From a virus (taxonomy: Duplodnaviria > Caudoviricetes), in IMG/VR virus record IMGVR_UViG_3300031673_000001: DNA of 64,000 nt. One strand, 5' to 3'. The translations under genes were made by a program, and so were the position numbers. Positions 30,924 through 40,312 of this stretch are shown piece after piece (position 1 is the stretch's first letter; each line of letters starts with the position of its first letter). A model generated the notes under the pieces. It searched no databases. It had not been told where the DNA came from and saw only the letters and a list, made by a program, of their open reading frames with translations.

Positions 30924-31274
30924 TTAGTGAATTATTCCAGAAGGACTTTTTATTTGTATTGTTCCTTCATTACTAATTGCACCAATTTCAAGATGTACTA
31001 AAGATTTTTTTGTCTCCTCATGTTCTAGAATTCCATAAATTTCTTCATATTTTAGTATTCTTAAAAGAAGTTTTCCTATTAAAGATGCTTGGCCACCACG
31101 ATTGTGGAAAACAATAACATCACCTACATTTAAATTCTCTACATCCTCACCAAAAGATAAAACTTTTCCATATCCTTGAGGATCGCTTGAACTATCTGGT
31201 AAAATAATTCCACCTTCTGTTTTAGTTCTTTTCAATTCTTCAACAACTATTTTATCACCAACAGCTTTAATCAT
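30924..31274 (-). CDS. groES: GroES co-chaperonin
   Basis: AVGDKIVV, KTEGGIILPD, GKVLS.G, VGD.IVF, EIYGIL. Confidence 0.85.
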   Translation of the reverse strand: MIKAVGDKIVVEELKRTKTEGGIILPDSSSDPQGYGKVLSFGEDVENLNVGDVIVFHNRGGQASLIGKLLLRILKYEEIYGILEHEETKKSLVHLEIGAISNEGTIQIKSPSGIIH

Positions 31275-31593
31275 CAGAATATCTCCCTTTCATTTTTTTT
31301 CTATTACTTTTTAATCTATCAATACGACCTTGTTTATGAAACTGTTCCGCTTTTTCTTGTTCTTTTAACCTCAACCGAATTGATTGTGCCTTTTTTCTAC
31401 GCTTCTTATTACTAGGTTTTTCAAACTGCATTCTTTGTTTTAACTCTCTAGATATTCCACTTCTAGTATACTTTTTTCTAAATCTTTTTATAAAATCATC
31501 AAAAGATTCATCTTCATGTCTAACAACACAAATACCTGAATGTTCATCTGGATAAAAGTGCCTGCTTCTATTAAATGATTGAATTTTAATCAC
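31267..31593 (-). CDS. rpsU: ribosomal protein bS21
   Basis: ESFDDFIKRFRKK...GI.RELKQR..FEKPS.KKRRK. Confidence 0.85.
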   Translation of the reverse strand: MIKIQSFNRSRHFYPDEHSGICVVRHEDESFDDFIKRFRKKYTRSGISRELKQRMQFEKPSNKKRRKKAQSIRLRLKEQEKAEQFHKQGRIDRLKSNRKKMKGRYSDD

Positions 31594-31602
31594 CGCCTTT
31601 CA

Positions 31603-32271
31603 TTAAACAAAACCAAATATAATATGACTCCTTGATGAAAAACTAAACTTAAATTTTTCACATAAATCAAATGTCTTTTCAGAATTCTTAATTAAATCTA
31701 CTCTATTTGTTCCTTCTGGCATCAACCAAATTTTTTGATCCCATATAAGTTGTTCTTCTTTACTTAAAATTTCCAAAAATTTATAAATAAGATCACTTCC
31801 ATCATAAACCACTTTAACGTAAACTGTATTATATGCTTTAATTTCTTCAAGAGTTTTTAATGATTTATCAATGTCTTCAGAACAGAAGATTTTAGGCGAG
31901 AACATAAATTTTATTTTCTTTGAATAGTCAACTTCAGATAATAATTCTTTTAGATGATATCCATTTGATTCAACATTTGCTATGGGGTATTCTAATTCGT
32001 TTAAGAGAGAAACGGTTTCATTAAAATGTCTTTCTACTGTTGGTTCCCCTCCTGTTACTAAAATTCCAGCATTTCTTTCAAATATTGTATTTTGAATATC
32101 TTTTAATTTATGTGGAGCTTCAGCAGAAATTCTCATTTTGACAGATGTATCACACCAGGGACATTTAAGATTACACGTTTTAAATCTAAGTATAATCATT
32201 GTTTTCCCTGAATCTGGTCCTTCACCTTGCCAACTTACAAAATTTTCAATTAATCTAACTTCACCTTCCAT
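31603..32271 (-). CDS. queE: QueE-like radical SAM 7-carboxy-7-deazaguanine synthase
   Basis: E.F.SWQGEG, LRF..CNLKCPWCDT, VTGGEP, VESNG, LMPEG; start re-assigned to 32271. Confidence 0.85.
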   Translation of the reverse strand: MEGEVRLIENFVSWQGEGPDSGKTMIILRFKTCNLKCPWCDTSVKMRISAEAPHKLKDIQNTIFERNAGILVTGGEPTVERHFNETVSLLNELEYPIANVESNGYHLKELLSEVDYSKKIKFMFSPKIFCSEDIDKSLKTLEEIKAYNTVYVKVVYDGSDLIYKFLEILSKEEQLIWDQKIWLMPEGTNRVDLIKNSEKTFDLCEKFKFSFSSRSHIIFGFV

Positions 32272-32305
32272 ATTATATTCTCCTTCATGTTTATTTGTTC
32301 TAAAT

Positions 32306-35300
32306 TTAAAATAAAATAACCTCATTTTTCTTTTCTTCTATTGCTTTGAATAATGGTTTTAAGAATAATGCATGTCTATCTTCAAATGTAAATTTTAATG
32401 TTGACTGAACATCTGGAATAAAATAATGTGGTAATTTTTCTTCTTCATCTGGAATTGCTATTACTTCCAATTTTTTACCTCCAGATATAAATTTATGATA
32501 CTTTTCTAAAACATCTTTTGGCGCTTTATCAATATCTATTCCTTTCACCCAGTATAAATAACCCTTTGCACCTGTGCGATGAATATCATACATTATACTA
32601 TTCCATGCCTGCATACTTCTTACTCCCTGTGGAACCATTTTATAATCCTCTAATTTTTTACCCCATGATACAGGTCTACCAATTTTCTTATCCCCATTTC
32701 TTATCATTTCTACAAAATCTCTTTTGCTTCTATTAATAAAATCCATAATTTTAGGAGGTGACATCTTTTCAGATTTTGACTTTAATAAAAGTTCAGATAA
32801 CTCTATTAAAAATTCTTTTGATTTACTTGGATAATCAGATCTTTTAATTTCAACTCCCATAAAATTAGTTTTATCAACTTCCTTCCCTTCATTATTTACA
32901 ACATGAATTGCATATCGTTTTTTAGCAAGAAATAATCCTCTTGAAATAATTAACTCATTTTTTAATTTCAATCTGTTATACTCTAAATTAACATTATATC
33001 TCTTTACAACTTCAGCAATTTTATCATTATTTAAAAAATCTTCTATTTTATCACACCATTTACGAATATTATCAATCGTTTTCTCTTCCACAAAATTTTC
33101 AAACTTACAAAAAATTGAATCTGTATCTCCAGTTATAATGAAATCGTTTGATCTGTCAGGTAATGTATATAACTCTGGTTCTGCCTTTGGATCTGCAAAC
33201 ATTTCTTCTTTTGTTAAAGTCTTTGGTTTTATATACTCTATTCCTGTTGCCATACTTCTCATTAAAGCATCGCCTTCAATAATTGAAGTTTTCAATGCTT
33301 CTTGACCAGTCAATGTGATTGCTGATGCTAGTGATAGATCATAAAATCTAAATGACTTGTTTGCAACAACCCCATATAAAGTATTTGCTAAAACCTTATA
33401 AACAAGTTGTCTTGTATAAAAGAATTTTTCTGCATTCTTATCTTTCTTTTCAATAGCATCAAACATCTGACTTTTATATGTATCACGAGATGACATTAAC
33501 ATCTCGACTACTTCTCCAAACACAGAAAACTTTTTCTTATGCGAGTTAAAAAAGCATCCATTAACTGTATAAACTAACTCTTTTTCTTTTATCAATTTCA
33601 ATAACCCATTTTTATCAATTTCTACAAGTTCTTTCTTATATAGAGGATCAACAACTACACTTATTTTATCTGGCAACTTTTCTGGATTATATGCAATATC
33701 ATATCCAAGATGCGGATTGGTTGTTTTCATTACAAAACTATTAATACCAATATTATAAGTAATCATTAAACTTGGATACAGAGACTTAAAATCAAAATCT
33801 GTTATCCAACTATAAAGTCCAGGTATTGGTTCATAGACATAAGCTCCAGGATAACTTTCTTTTGAAATGTGTGGATCAGAATTTTTAGAAGCTATTCCCT
33901 TACTTCTTAAATATGAAACCATCAATGAATCAATCTGCCCCATAGATGTGACAGAATCAAAACTTGTATTACAAATAATTCTCAATTCATTTAACAAATT
34001 AATATGACCTAATTTATCATCTAATTCTTTTAACAATTCTGTATCTCGAATATTATACTTAATCGTCATATTTAACTTCTGCCAATACATCTCATTGAAG
34101 GACAACGGCAATTGAATTTTTGTACGCCCCAGCTCACTCTCTGCAATAAATCCAAGTTTATAATTTTCCATTTTTGTAAATGTAAATGTTCTATATAAAA
34201 AATCTTGATCAATAGCAACACATCCAGGAATTAAACAAATCCATCTTGCACCATCAACAAAAAATTCCCCAAATTTTGTCATTAAAGTATCAGGTATTTT
34301 TAAATTTCTAATTCTATTAAAAATGTATTGCATATCAAAACTAATTAAATTCCATCCAGAAATAAAATCAGGATCAGTATCTCTAAAATCTTTCATAAAT
34401 GTACGCAACATCTTATTTTCATCTTTTATATCAAAAATCTTATAAACAACACCATCAACTTTTTCTATTGGTTCAGTTTTATTATCAAGAACATAAGTGG
34501 TTGTAACACCATTATAAATTGATGTAAACATATTTATTGAAAACTCTGCTTCTATTGGACTTGGAAAGATCTTTTCTTTTCCAGTATCAATTTCAATATC
34601 AAAAAACATAACATTAGATTCTACCTTTGGAGCATCCCCTTTGTTAAAATGATAATAATCCATAGCATGTTTAGTTGTTATTCTAATATCCCCTTCATAC
34701 GTTATATCTGGATCTAATTGATTTCTATCTCTATATGATAAAGAAATTTGTTTAAGATCTTCATAAGGAATAATCTTTCTTGCTTCAACTCCATCTTTTA
34801 TCTGATAACAAATATATTCATCACTTTCTGTATGATAAATTTTTTTATTATTTCTATCTCTAAAAATATAAAGAACCTCTTGCTTTTTACTAATAAATTG
34901 AACATCAATGAGTCTGTAATCGTCTGTATAAAACTTCTCTGGAATCTTATATCTGTATATGCCTTCTCCAATTTTCTTCTCATTAACTTTAAATGATACG
35001 TCTGAAACAACGCCATTTAACAAATCTGAAATTTTTAACATATCTTCTTCAAATTTTGGTTCCCATACCTTTAAATTTCTATTAGCAAAAGAAGGATGGA
35101 TTGTTAAAAAAACTTTAAATCCTTCCCATTCAAACGTTTTACCATGAAGATTAGTTATACCCGATTTAGCAATGCCAAATGCACTCATAGGAGTTGCACC
35201 CATCAAAACAATCAACTTTGGTTTACATTGTCTAATAATTTCCATACAATTCATTTTACATCTTTCAATAACATCTGGTTCTGGATTGCCAGTTGTTTTA

Positions 35301-35581
35301 TCTGGATTTATTGTCTGACATAAAACTGTATTTGTTAGAAGATATTTTACTTTATTTAATTCATATTTTGCAAAATATTTTCTAAACATTCTGCCTGACT
35401 TACCAACCAACGGTGCTGGTTCTGGTTTTTTGGCAACCTCATTCTTACCAGGATTCTCTGCTACAAATACAATTTCAACCTGTGTAAGATCAACTTTTGA
35501 ATTTGTTTCTAGAATACAAGAAGGAGCATCTAATAATTGACAAGTTGAGCAATCAGCAAAAGAATCTTTAATTGAAATCAT
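32306..35581 (-). CDS. family B DNA polymerase with N-terminal family-4 uracil-DNA glycosylase domain
   Basis: UDG: CxxC, AENPG, LVGKSG, TN.V.C, C...KPKLIV.MG, HPS. PolB: FDIE, GWN...FD, YN..D, DFKSLYPS, K..AN..YG, GDTDS. Confidence 0.92.
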   Translation of the reverse strand: MISIKDSFADCSTCQLLDAPSCILETNSKVDLTQVEIVFVAENPGKNEVAKKPEPAPLVGKSGRMFRKYFAKYELNKVKYLLTNTVLCQTINPDKTTGNPEPDVIERCKMNCMEIIRQCKPKLIVLMGATPMSAFGIAKSGITNLHGKTFEWEGFKVFLTIHPSFANRNLKVWEPKFEEDMLKISDLLNGVVSDVSFKVNEKKIGEGIYRYKIPEKFYTDDYRLIDVQFISKKQEVLYIFRDRNNKKIYHTESDEYICYQIKDGVEARKIIPYEDLKQISLSYRDRNQLDPDITYEGDIRITTKHAMDYYHFNKGDAPKVESNVMFFDIEIDTGKEKIFPSPIEAEFSINMFTSIYNGVTTTYVLDNKTEPIEKVDGVVYKIFDIKDENKMLRTFMKDFRDTDPDFISGWNLISFDMQYIFNRIRNLKIPDTLMTKFGEFFVDGARWICLIPGCVAIDQDFLYRTFTFTKMENYKLGFIAESELGRTKIQLPLSFNEMYWQKLNMTIKYNIRDTELLKELDDKLGHINLLNELRIICNTSFDSVTSMGQIDSLMVSYLRSKGIASKNSDPHISKESYPGAYVYEPIPGLYSWITDFDFKSLYPSLMITYNIGINSFVMKTTNPHLGYDIAYNPEKLPDKISVVVDPLYKKELVEIDKNGLLKLIKEKELVYTVNGCFFNSHKKKFSVFGEVVEMLMSSRDTYKSQMFDAIEKKDKNAEKFFYTRQLVYKVLANTLYGVVANKSFRFYDLSLASAITLTGQEALKTSIIEGDALMRSMATGIEYIKPKTLTKEEMFADPKAEPELYTLPDRSNDFIITGDTDSIFCKFENFVEEKTIDNIRKWCDKIEDFLNNDKIAEVVKRYNVNLEYNRLKLKNELIISRGLFLAKKRYAIHVVNNEGKEVDKTNFMGVEIKRSDYPSKSKEFLIELSELLLKSKSEKMSPPKIMDFINRSKRDFVEMIRNGDKKIGRPVSWGKKLEDYKMVPQGVRSMQAWNSIMYDIHRTGAKGYLYWVKGIDIDKAPKDVLEKYHKFISGGKKLEVIAIPDEEEKLPHYFIPDVQSTLKFTFEDRHALFLKPLFKAIEEKKNEVILF

Positions 35582-35799
35582 TTAAATCCTCCATTTCATC
35601 ATTTTATTTTTGTTACGCAAACAAAAATTATTTTCCCATTTAAACAAAAGTATCTATATATATTAATAAGTGAATATTGAATTTGGTTTATTTTTTTTTA
35701 AATTAACTTTCAACAAAAGGAGGTCAATGTGGATAAAAAACTAAATAACTGACTATGGCGGAAACAAAAATTAACAAGAGTATCGAAATGATATAGGAG

Positions 35800-36702
35800 A
35801 TGTGGATGACCAAAATAGTACAGCAAGTTAGCTCCGGGAACAATTCTGAAATTGACCCAAATTCTATAAAATATTATAAGCAGTTAGATCGAATTAAAAA
35901 ATTGGCTCTTGATACCAATGTACCAGAAGATTTTCATATTAAATGGTTGCAAGCTAAAACAATAATTGGAGTTCAAGATAACCTCATTGAAGATACTGTA
36001 CATATTTTAAAATCCTTTCTAGTAAAATATGTTGATGAGGAGGAACAACAAAAATTAATTGATTTAAAAAATGCAAGAAATTTATTAATTGAAACAAACC
36101 TTCTAACCCAAATTCATACCACAGGACAATTTGAAAAATGGAAAAAACCATTTTCAAATACTTGTCAAAAATGTAAAGGTGCAGGTGAACTTCTACTTTT
36201 CAATCGTATTACAAAAGATGTAACTTGTAATAAATGTAAACATGGAATAGTCTGGTTACCTTGCCCAAAATGTGATGGAACTGGTAGAGTTATCGTTAGA
36301 TATAAAAAAGGTGGAGGAACAGATTCAATATGTGATAAATGTTTAGAATCAACTAAAGAGTATATAAAAACTGAAGAATATGGGACTCTTCTCAAACTAA
36401 ATGAAAAAAATCCAGAATCTCATCCCCTTAATATTAATAAAATAAAAGTATCTTGTAGAACATGCAAGGGAACAACAATTGCAAAAATTTTAGTTTTAGA
36501 TTATTCTTTAAAATCTACTACTCCTTGTGATTCATGTGATTCATTAGGTTATATAATTAAAACCCAAACCCCCAAGAAAAAACAAAAAGAACCAATTCCA
36601 GATAATCCAGTCTTAAATCAAGAGCTAGCACTAAAAATTAACCTCCTATTAGACAGTCAAAAAGATCTCAATTCCACAGACGAAACCAACCCTACAACAT
36701 AA
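35800..36702 (+). CDS. protein with DnaJ-type CxxCxGxG zinc-finger repeats
   Basis: CQKCKGAG, CNKC, CPKCDGTG, CDKC, CRTCKG, CDSC..LG; no J-domain HPD motif seen. Confidence 0.65.
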   Translation: MWMTKIVQQVSSGNNSEIDPNSIKYYKQLDRIKKLALDTNVPEDFHIKWLQAKTIIGVQDNLIEDTVHILKSFLVKYVDEEEQQKLIDLKNARNLLIETNLLTQIHTTGQFEKWKKPFSNTCQKCKGAGELLLFNRITKDVTCNKCKHGIVWLPCPKCDGTGRVIVRYKKGGGTDSICDKCLESTKEYIKTEEYGTLLKLNEKNPESHPLNINKIKVSCRTCKGTTIAKILVLDYSLKSTTPCDSCDSLGYIIKTQTPKKKQKEPIPDNPVLNQELALKINLLLDSQKDLNSTDETNPTT

Positions 36703-36711
36703 CATTTCCAA

Positions 36712-36760
36712 ATAGCTGAAAACTTTTCTACACTTCCATGATAGAGAAGTTTTCAGCTAT
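36712..36760. terminator. bidirectional hairpin at convergent genes
   Basis: ATAGCTGAAAACTT / AAGTTTTCAGCTAT inverted repeat. Confidence 0.65.
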
Positions 36761-37264
36761 AAAATCTTTCAATGATTTTTTAACTACTATTTTTTTTGTA
36801 GATTTTATTTTTTGCTTTTTAATATTCTCAAGTCCTAAAGAATTATAAAAAGTATCTCTTTTATCAGACTTATTTATTATATCACACAGAAAGTCCACTT
36901 CAAAAGATTTTAACTGTGGATATCTTTTTTCAATAACATTATAAAGTTTATCATTATACTTTCTTTTATAATAAGTTGTATCATATTTACCAACTCTAAA
37001 CTCCAATACACATTTCTTAATAAAATATAAAAGCTCTTCCCTTGGAATTGAATAAATATTTATATTATTAAAGTATTGATCTAAATATTTATTTAATGAA
37101 AGATTTCTTAAAAATACACTGATAACATATCTATTTGTTATTGGACTATTATACTTTAATATATTTGGAACAATAACTTTTCCATCTTCAGTCGTTCTTG
37201 GTGCTGGAATTTTACTATTTATATTTCCATCAAATAACCAATTGAAATACGTTTTAAATGGCAT
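36728..37264 (-). CDS. hypothetical protein
   Basis: 178 aa ORF with RBS. Confidence 0.65.
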   Translation of the reverse strand: MPFKTYFNWLFDGNINSKIPAPRTTEDGKVIVPNILKYNSPITNRYVISVFLRNLSLNKYLDQYFNNINIYSIPREELLYFIKKCVLEFRVGKYDTTYYKRKYNDKLYNVIEKRYPQLKSFEVDFLCDIINKSDKRDTFYNSLGLENIKKQKIKSTKKIVVKKSLKDFIAENFSIMEV

Positions 37265-37275
37265 TATTTCTCCTT

Positions 37276-37797
37276 TTAGAAAAGAATAATATGTTCCGCT
37301 CTATTCTTGTAAGTTCTCTCTTTAGCTTCAAAGTAATTATGTTCTGTATTAAGACATAATAACAAATTCCATTCATTATCATCCCAATAATTTCCATTCC
37401 AATGATGTATATGCCAAATAAACTCTTTTCCATACAATAACTTGCCACTTGGACCATAAACTGCCTTAACATTTCCGAATAGATCTTTATTCGGTATAAC
37501 AGGAAATTTATAATTTAATTCTGGACGAGCTTGAAAATAATACAGTGTATGCTTTCCCATTGATGGTAAATTGATCAATCCATATTTACTAAACACCTTT
37601 GAACTAGGATAAACCCTTATCCTTCTTTCATTTATTTTACTATCATAAATACTGCTAAAACAAAAAGGACAATCTATACAAACAGTATTTTTAAGATTTC
37701 TATCAACAACATTACACATCTGACAATCACCTTTTAATTCTGAATCAATGCCTGAATAATCAACTGGTATATTATTAGAAAAATCAATATTTGCCAT
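37276..37797 (-). CDS. HNH-like endonuclease
   Basis: IHHWNGNYWDD..WNL.....EH motif plus CxxC pairs. Confidence 0.65.
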   Translation of the reverse strand: MANIDFSNNIPVDYSGIDSELKGDCQMCNVVDRNLKNTVCIDCPFCFSSIYDSKINERRIRVYPSSKVFSKYGLINLPSMGKHTLYYFQARPELNYKFPVIPNKDLFGNVKAVYGPSGKLLYGKEFIWHIHHWNGNYWDDNEWNLLLCLNTEHNYFEAKERTYKNRAEHIILF

Positions 37798-37812
37798 TTG
37801 AACCTCCTTTCT

Positions 37813-38751
37813 CTACATCATTCTATGTATTATATTCTCGTAAAACATCTTCATTTCCCCTTCACATATAAGAGATGGAACTCTTAATCTACCTCTATCA
37901 ACTGCTTCAATTTTATCAATAAGGTCTTCTTTATCATTATAAATGTATTGTCTTGGAAGAATCTCTGGATAAGCACATCTATTAGGAGCTAGTGGAATAC
38001 AATTGTTCATAACAGCATCCACGATTTGATAACCAAATGTATCCTCATGCGCTGATATTAAAAGAATCTTACTCATACTCAAAAATTTATAATAATTTTC
38101 CCAAGTATTTTTTTCTTTATCTCGAGTTCTTCTAACAATGTCAATACCCTTCTCCAATTCTGCATCAACTTTCTGTCTTGTTGGTCTTGATGCTGAAGCA
38201 ATACCAATCGTTTTTTCAGAAACTAAATTTGATATATCTTTGAAAGGAGGAAAAGGTAATCTAACAACCACTGTATTTGCCCATTTTAACTTTTTCTGAT
38301 GATAATTTGAACCAATGAAAATTTCATCAAACATTCTTGAATGCGCTGTCTCAACTAAAAATTTACTATCACTCACACTTTCAAAATAATCAAATTTATT
38401 AATACTTGTTGCATGACAATAAGCAAACGATTTCTTTGGTTTCTTATGATATAGAACATTACAGAAGAAACCTGGAAAACTTATATCTGCGACAAATAAA
38501 ATATCATCAACTTTTAAATCCATTGCCATATATTCTTTTATCTGTTCAGATTCAAATCTAATAGCTGCCTCGATTGGAGAAAACATTCCTTTTGTCTCAA
38601 CACCTTTAATGTTATATTTAGCTGCTTTTTCTCCCAGAATATAAACTTCAAATCCTGCGTTTCTAAATTCTAGAGGAAACTTTGAGTACCACCATTCCTG
38701 ATATCTCATAGGAGTTGGATATTGAGGCACAAAAATAATTCTCTTATTCAT
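37813..38751 (-). CDS. GT-B fold glycosyltransferase
   Basis: ILLISA.EDTFGY..VDAV...CIPLAPN...YPEI. Confidence 0.8.
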   Translation of the reverse strand: MNKRIIFVPQYPTPMRYQEWWYSKFPLEFRNAGFEVYILGEKAAKYNIKGVETKGMFSPIEAAIRFESEQIKEYMAMDLKVDDILFVADISFPGFFCNVLYHKKPKKSFAYCHATSINKFDYFESVSDSKFLVETAHSRMFDEIFIGSNYHQKKLKWANTVVVRLPFPPFKDISNLVSEKTIGIASASRPTRQKVDAELEKGIDIVRRTRDKEKNTWENYYKFLSMSKILLISAHEDTFGYQIVDAVMNNCIPLAPNRCAYPEILPRQYIYNDKEDLIDKIEAVDRGRLRVPSLICEGEMKMFYENIIHRMM

Positions 38752-38960
38752 TATTCTTTCTCCTTTCTGCTCCTTTTTAAAAGTTTAGGAATATCTAATG
38801 GTCTTCTATATTTACACGCCCAGCAATAATTTTCTCCAATATTATTATACATTTCACAAACAACATCATATATACACCAATCTTTCATACCTAATTTCAA
38901 ATTATAATATTTCCTATATTTTATATCTTCATCTTTTATTCCTGATGGTCCTTTACTCAT
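38751..38960 (-). CDS. hypothetical protein
   Basis: 69 aa, coupled between the deacetylase and glycosyltransferase genes. Confidence 0.5.
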   Translation of the reverse strand: MSKGPSGIKDEDIKYRKYYNLKLGMKDWCIYDVVCEMYNNIGENYCWACKYRRPLDIPKLLKRSRKEKE

Positions 38961-38969
38961 ATTGCCTCC

Positions 38970-39440
38970 TTAAAACACCCATTTGCAATAACCTTCAAAG
39001 AGAACATACTTCTTCTCATATTTCCACATATCACGTTGACTTGCATAAACTTCATTTAATATATATTCCTTTCTAGTTGGTTCCAATGACTCGTGAATAT
39101 ATGGAGCATTCATTATAGTGCTATAAAAAGTTACATCAATTCCTGATCTAGCATATAATTCTCCAGTCATACCCAATTCTCTATGTTTTGGATGAGTCTC
39201 ATAGATTGGATCAGGAAAATAAAACTTATGATTTTTATTAATCATTGCCATAGGAATACTACTTTGAAACATTTGAACCTTAATTCCATCTATATATTCT
39301 TTTAACCTCATTGCTTCCTTTCTACGATTTGCATTTACATCTGGAGAATAAATAATTATAATAGTTTCCTCTCTTTTCAATACCTCATAACATCCAATAA
39401 TTTCATCATCAGGATGTGGTGCCACAATTACATGATTCAT
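38970..39440 (-). CDS. PIG-L/LmbE family N-deacetylase (minimal)
   Basis: VAPHPDDEIIG and HPKH motifs. Confidence 0.75.
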   Translation of the reverse strand: MNHVIVAPHPDDEIIGCYEVLKREETIIIIYSPDVNANRRKEAMRLKEYIDGIKVQMFQSSIPMAMINKNHKFYFPDPIYETHPKHRELGMTGELYARSGIDVTFYSTIMNAPYIHESLEPTRKEYILNEVYASQRDMWKYEKKYVLFEGYCKWVF

Positions 39441-39608
39441 AAATGTCTCCTTTCAATCATTTTATTATTTGTTACCATATCAAATAAAATTATCTTAATT
39501 ATTTTTTCTCAAATTTAAAAATCTGATCTATATATATTAATAATTGAGAAGGAGGTTTTTATTCATTTTTTTAAGAATAAATAATAAGAATTTAAGGAGA
39601 AACACGCC

Positions 39609-39878
39609 ATGTTAAAAACTCTTCAAAAGTGTATAGATGGAGCTCGAATAACAGCAGTTAAAGATTCCATCAAGATAGGAAAATCGTTAGACATCATTAA
39701 ATCAACTGTAGAGCATGGAGAGTGGTTACCGTTTATAAAGAAAAATTTCTCTATTAGTATTCGAAGCTGTCAAAACTTTATGTATCTTGCTAAACAACCA
39801 ATTGCTAAAAAGTATTATAAACTTGGCACTGAGGAGTTAATAATACGTCTTCGCAACGGAGAGGATTTATCTATTTAA
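39609..39878 (+). CDS. DUF3102-like protein
   Basis: IG..L...K....HGEW..F...NF..S.RS.QNFM.LA. Confidence 0.7.
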   Translation: MLKTLQKCIDGARITAVKDSIKIGKSLDIIKSTVEHGEWLPFIKKNFSISIRSCQNFMYLAKQPIAKKYYKLGTEELIIRLRNGEDLSI

Positions 39879-39900
39879 AGAACAAAATATAAATTCAGTT

Positions 39901-39990
39901 TGCATGGGGCACTGGGCAGGGCGCTATTTAGGATGGTCCTGAGCAAACCACCAAAGATGGCATCTCCTCCTGATCCTGGTGTTCCATGCA
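39901..39990 (+). ncRNA. unassigned structured RNA 1
   Basis: GC-rich; 16-bp closing helix with G-U pairs; starts 7 nt after a promoter motif. Confidence 0.5.
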
Positions 39991-39999
39991 ATTAAAGCT

Positions 40000-40077
40000 T
40001 GCGCACGATGTTGACATAGAACGATTAAAGGTTGCGCTCCTCGTCGTTCTAGCAATAATCCGTCTTCATCGTGCGCA
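40000..40077 (+). ncRNA. unassigned structured RNA 2
   Basis: TGCGCACGATG/CATCGTGCGCA and TAGAACGA/TCGTTCTA helices. Confidence 0.5.
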
Positions 40078-40141
40078 TTTTAATTTAGTTCGTTTCTTAA
40101 TATTATTTTAATTTTTTTAAGAACATATTATAAATATATAT

Positions 40142-40221
40142 CGGAACGTAGCTCAGTCTGGTATTAGAGCGCGTGGTTTGGGTCCACGAAGTCGGAGGTT
40201 CGAATCCTCTCGTTCCGACCA
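40142..40221 (+). tRNA. tRNA-Pro(UGG)
   Basis: Cloverleaf, anticodon loop TTTGGGT, encoded CCA. Confidence 0.92.
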
Positions 40222-40226
40222 TCTTT

Positions 40227-40312
40227 GCCCGAGTAGACGAATTGGCATAGTCAACAGGTTTAGGCCCTGTGCATTAAATTGCGTGGGAGTTCGACTCTCC
40301 CCTTGGGCACCA
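40227..40312 (+). tRNA. tRNA-Leu(UAG)
   Basis: Loop TTTAGGC, long variable arm, CCA. Confidence 0.9.

Noticed and set aside
26577-35581. Inteins or introns in the helicase or polymerase
   Set aside because: No C/S...HN splice junctions or LAGLIDADG motifs seen; the extra polymerase length is explained mainly by the UDG domain.
35755-35802. In-frame TAG readthrough from ATG 35755 into the DnaJ-like ORF
   Set aside because: The TAG is part of TAGGAG, a Shine-Dalgarno correctly spaced for ATG 35806; no RBS precedes 35755.
35800-36702. Full DnaJ chaperone
   Set aside because: Only the zinc-finger repeats are present; no HPD-containing J domain.
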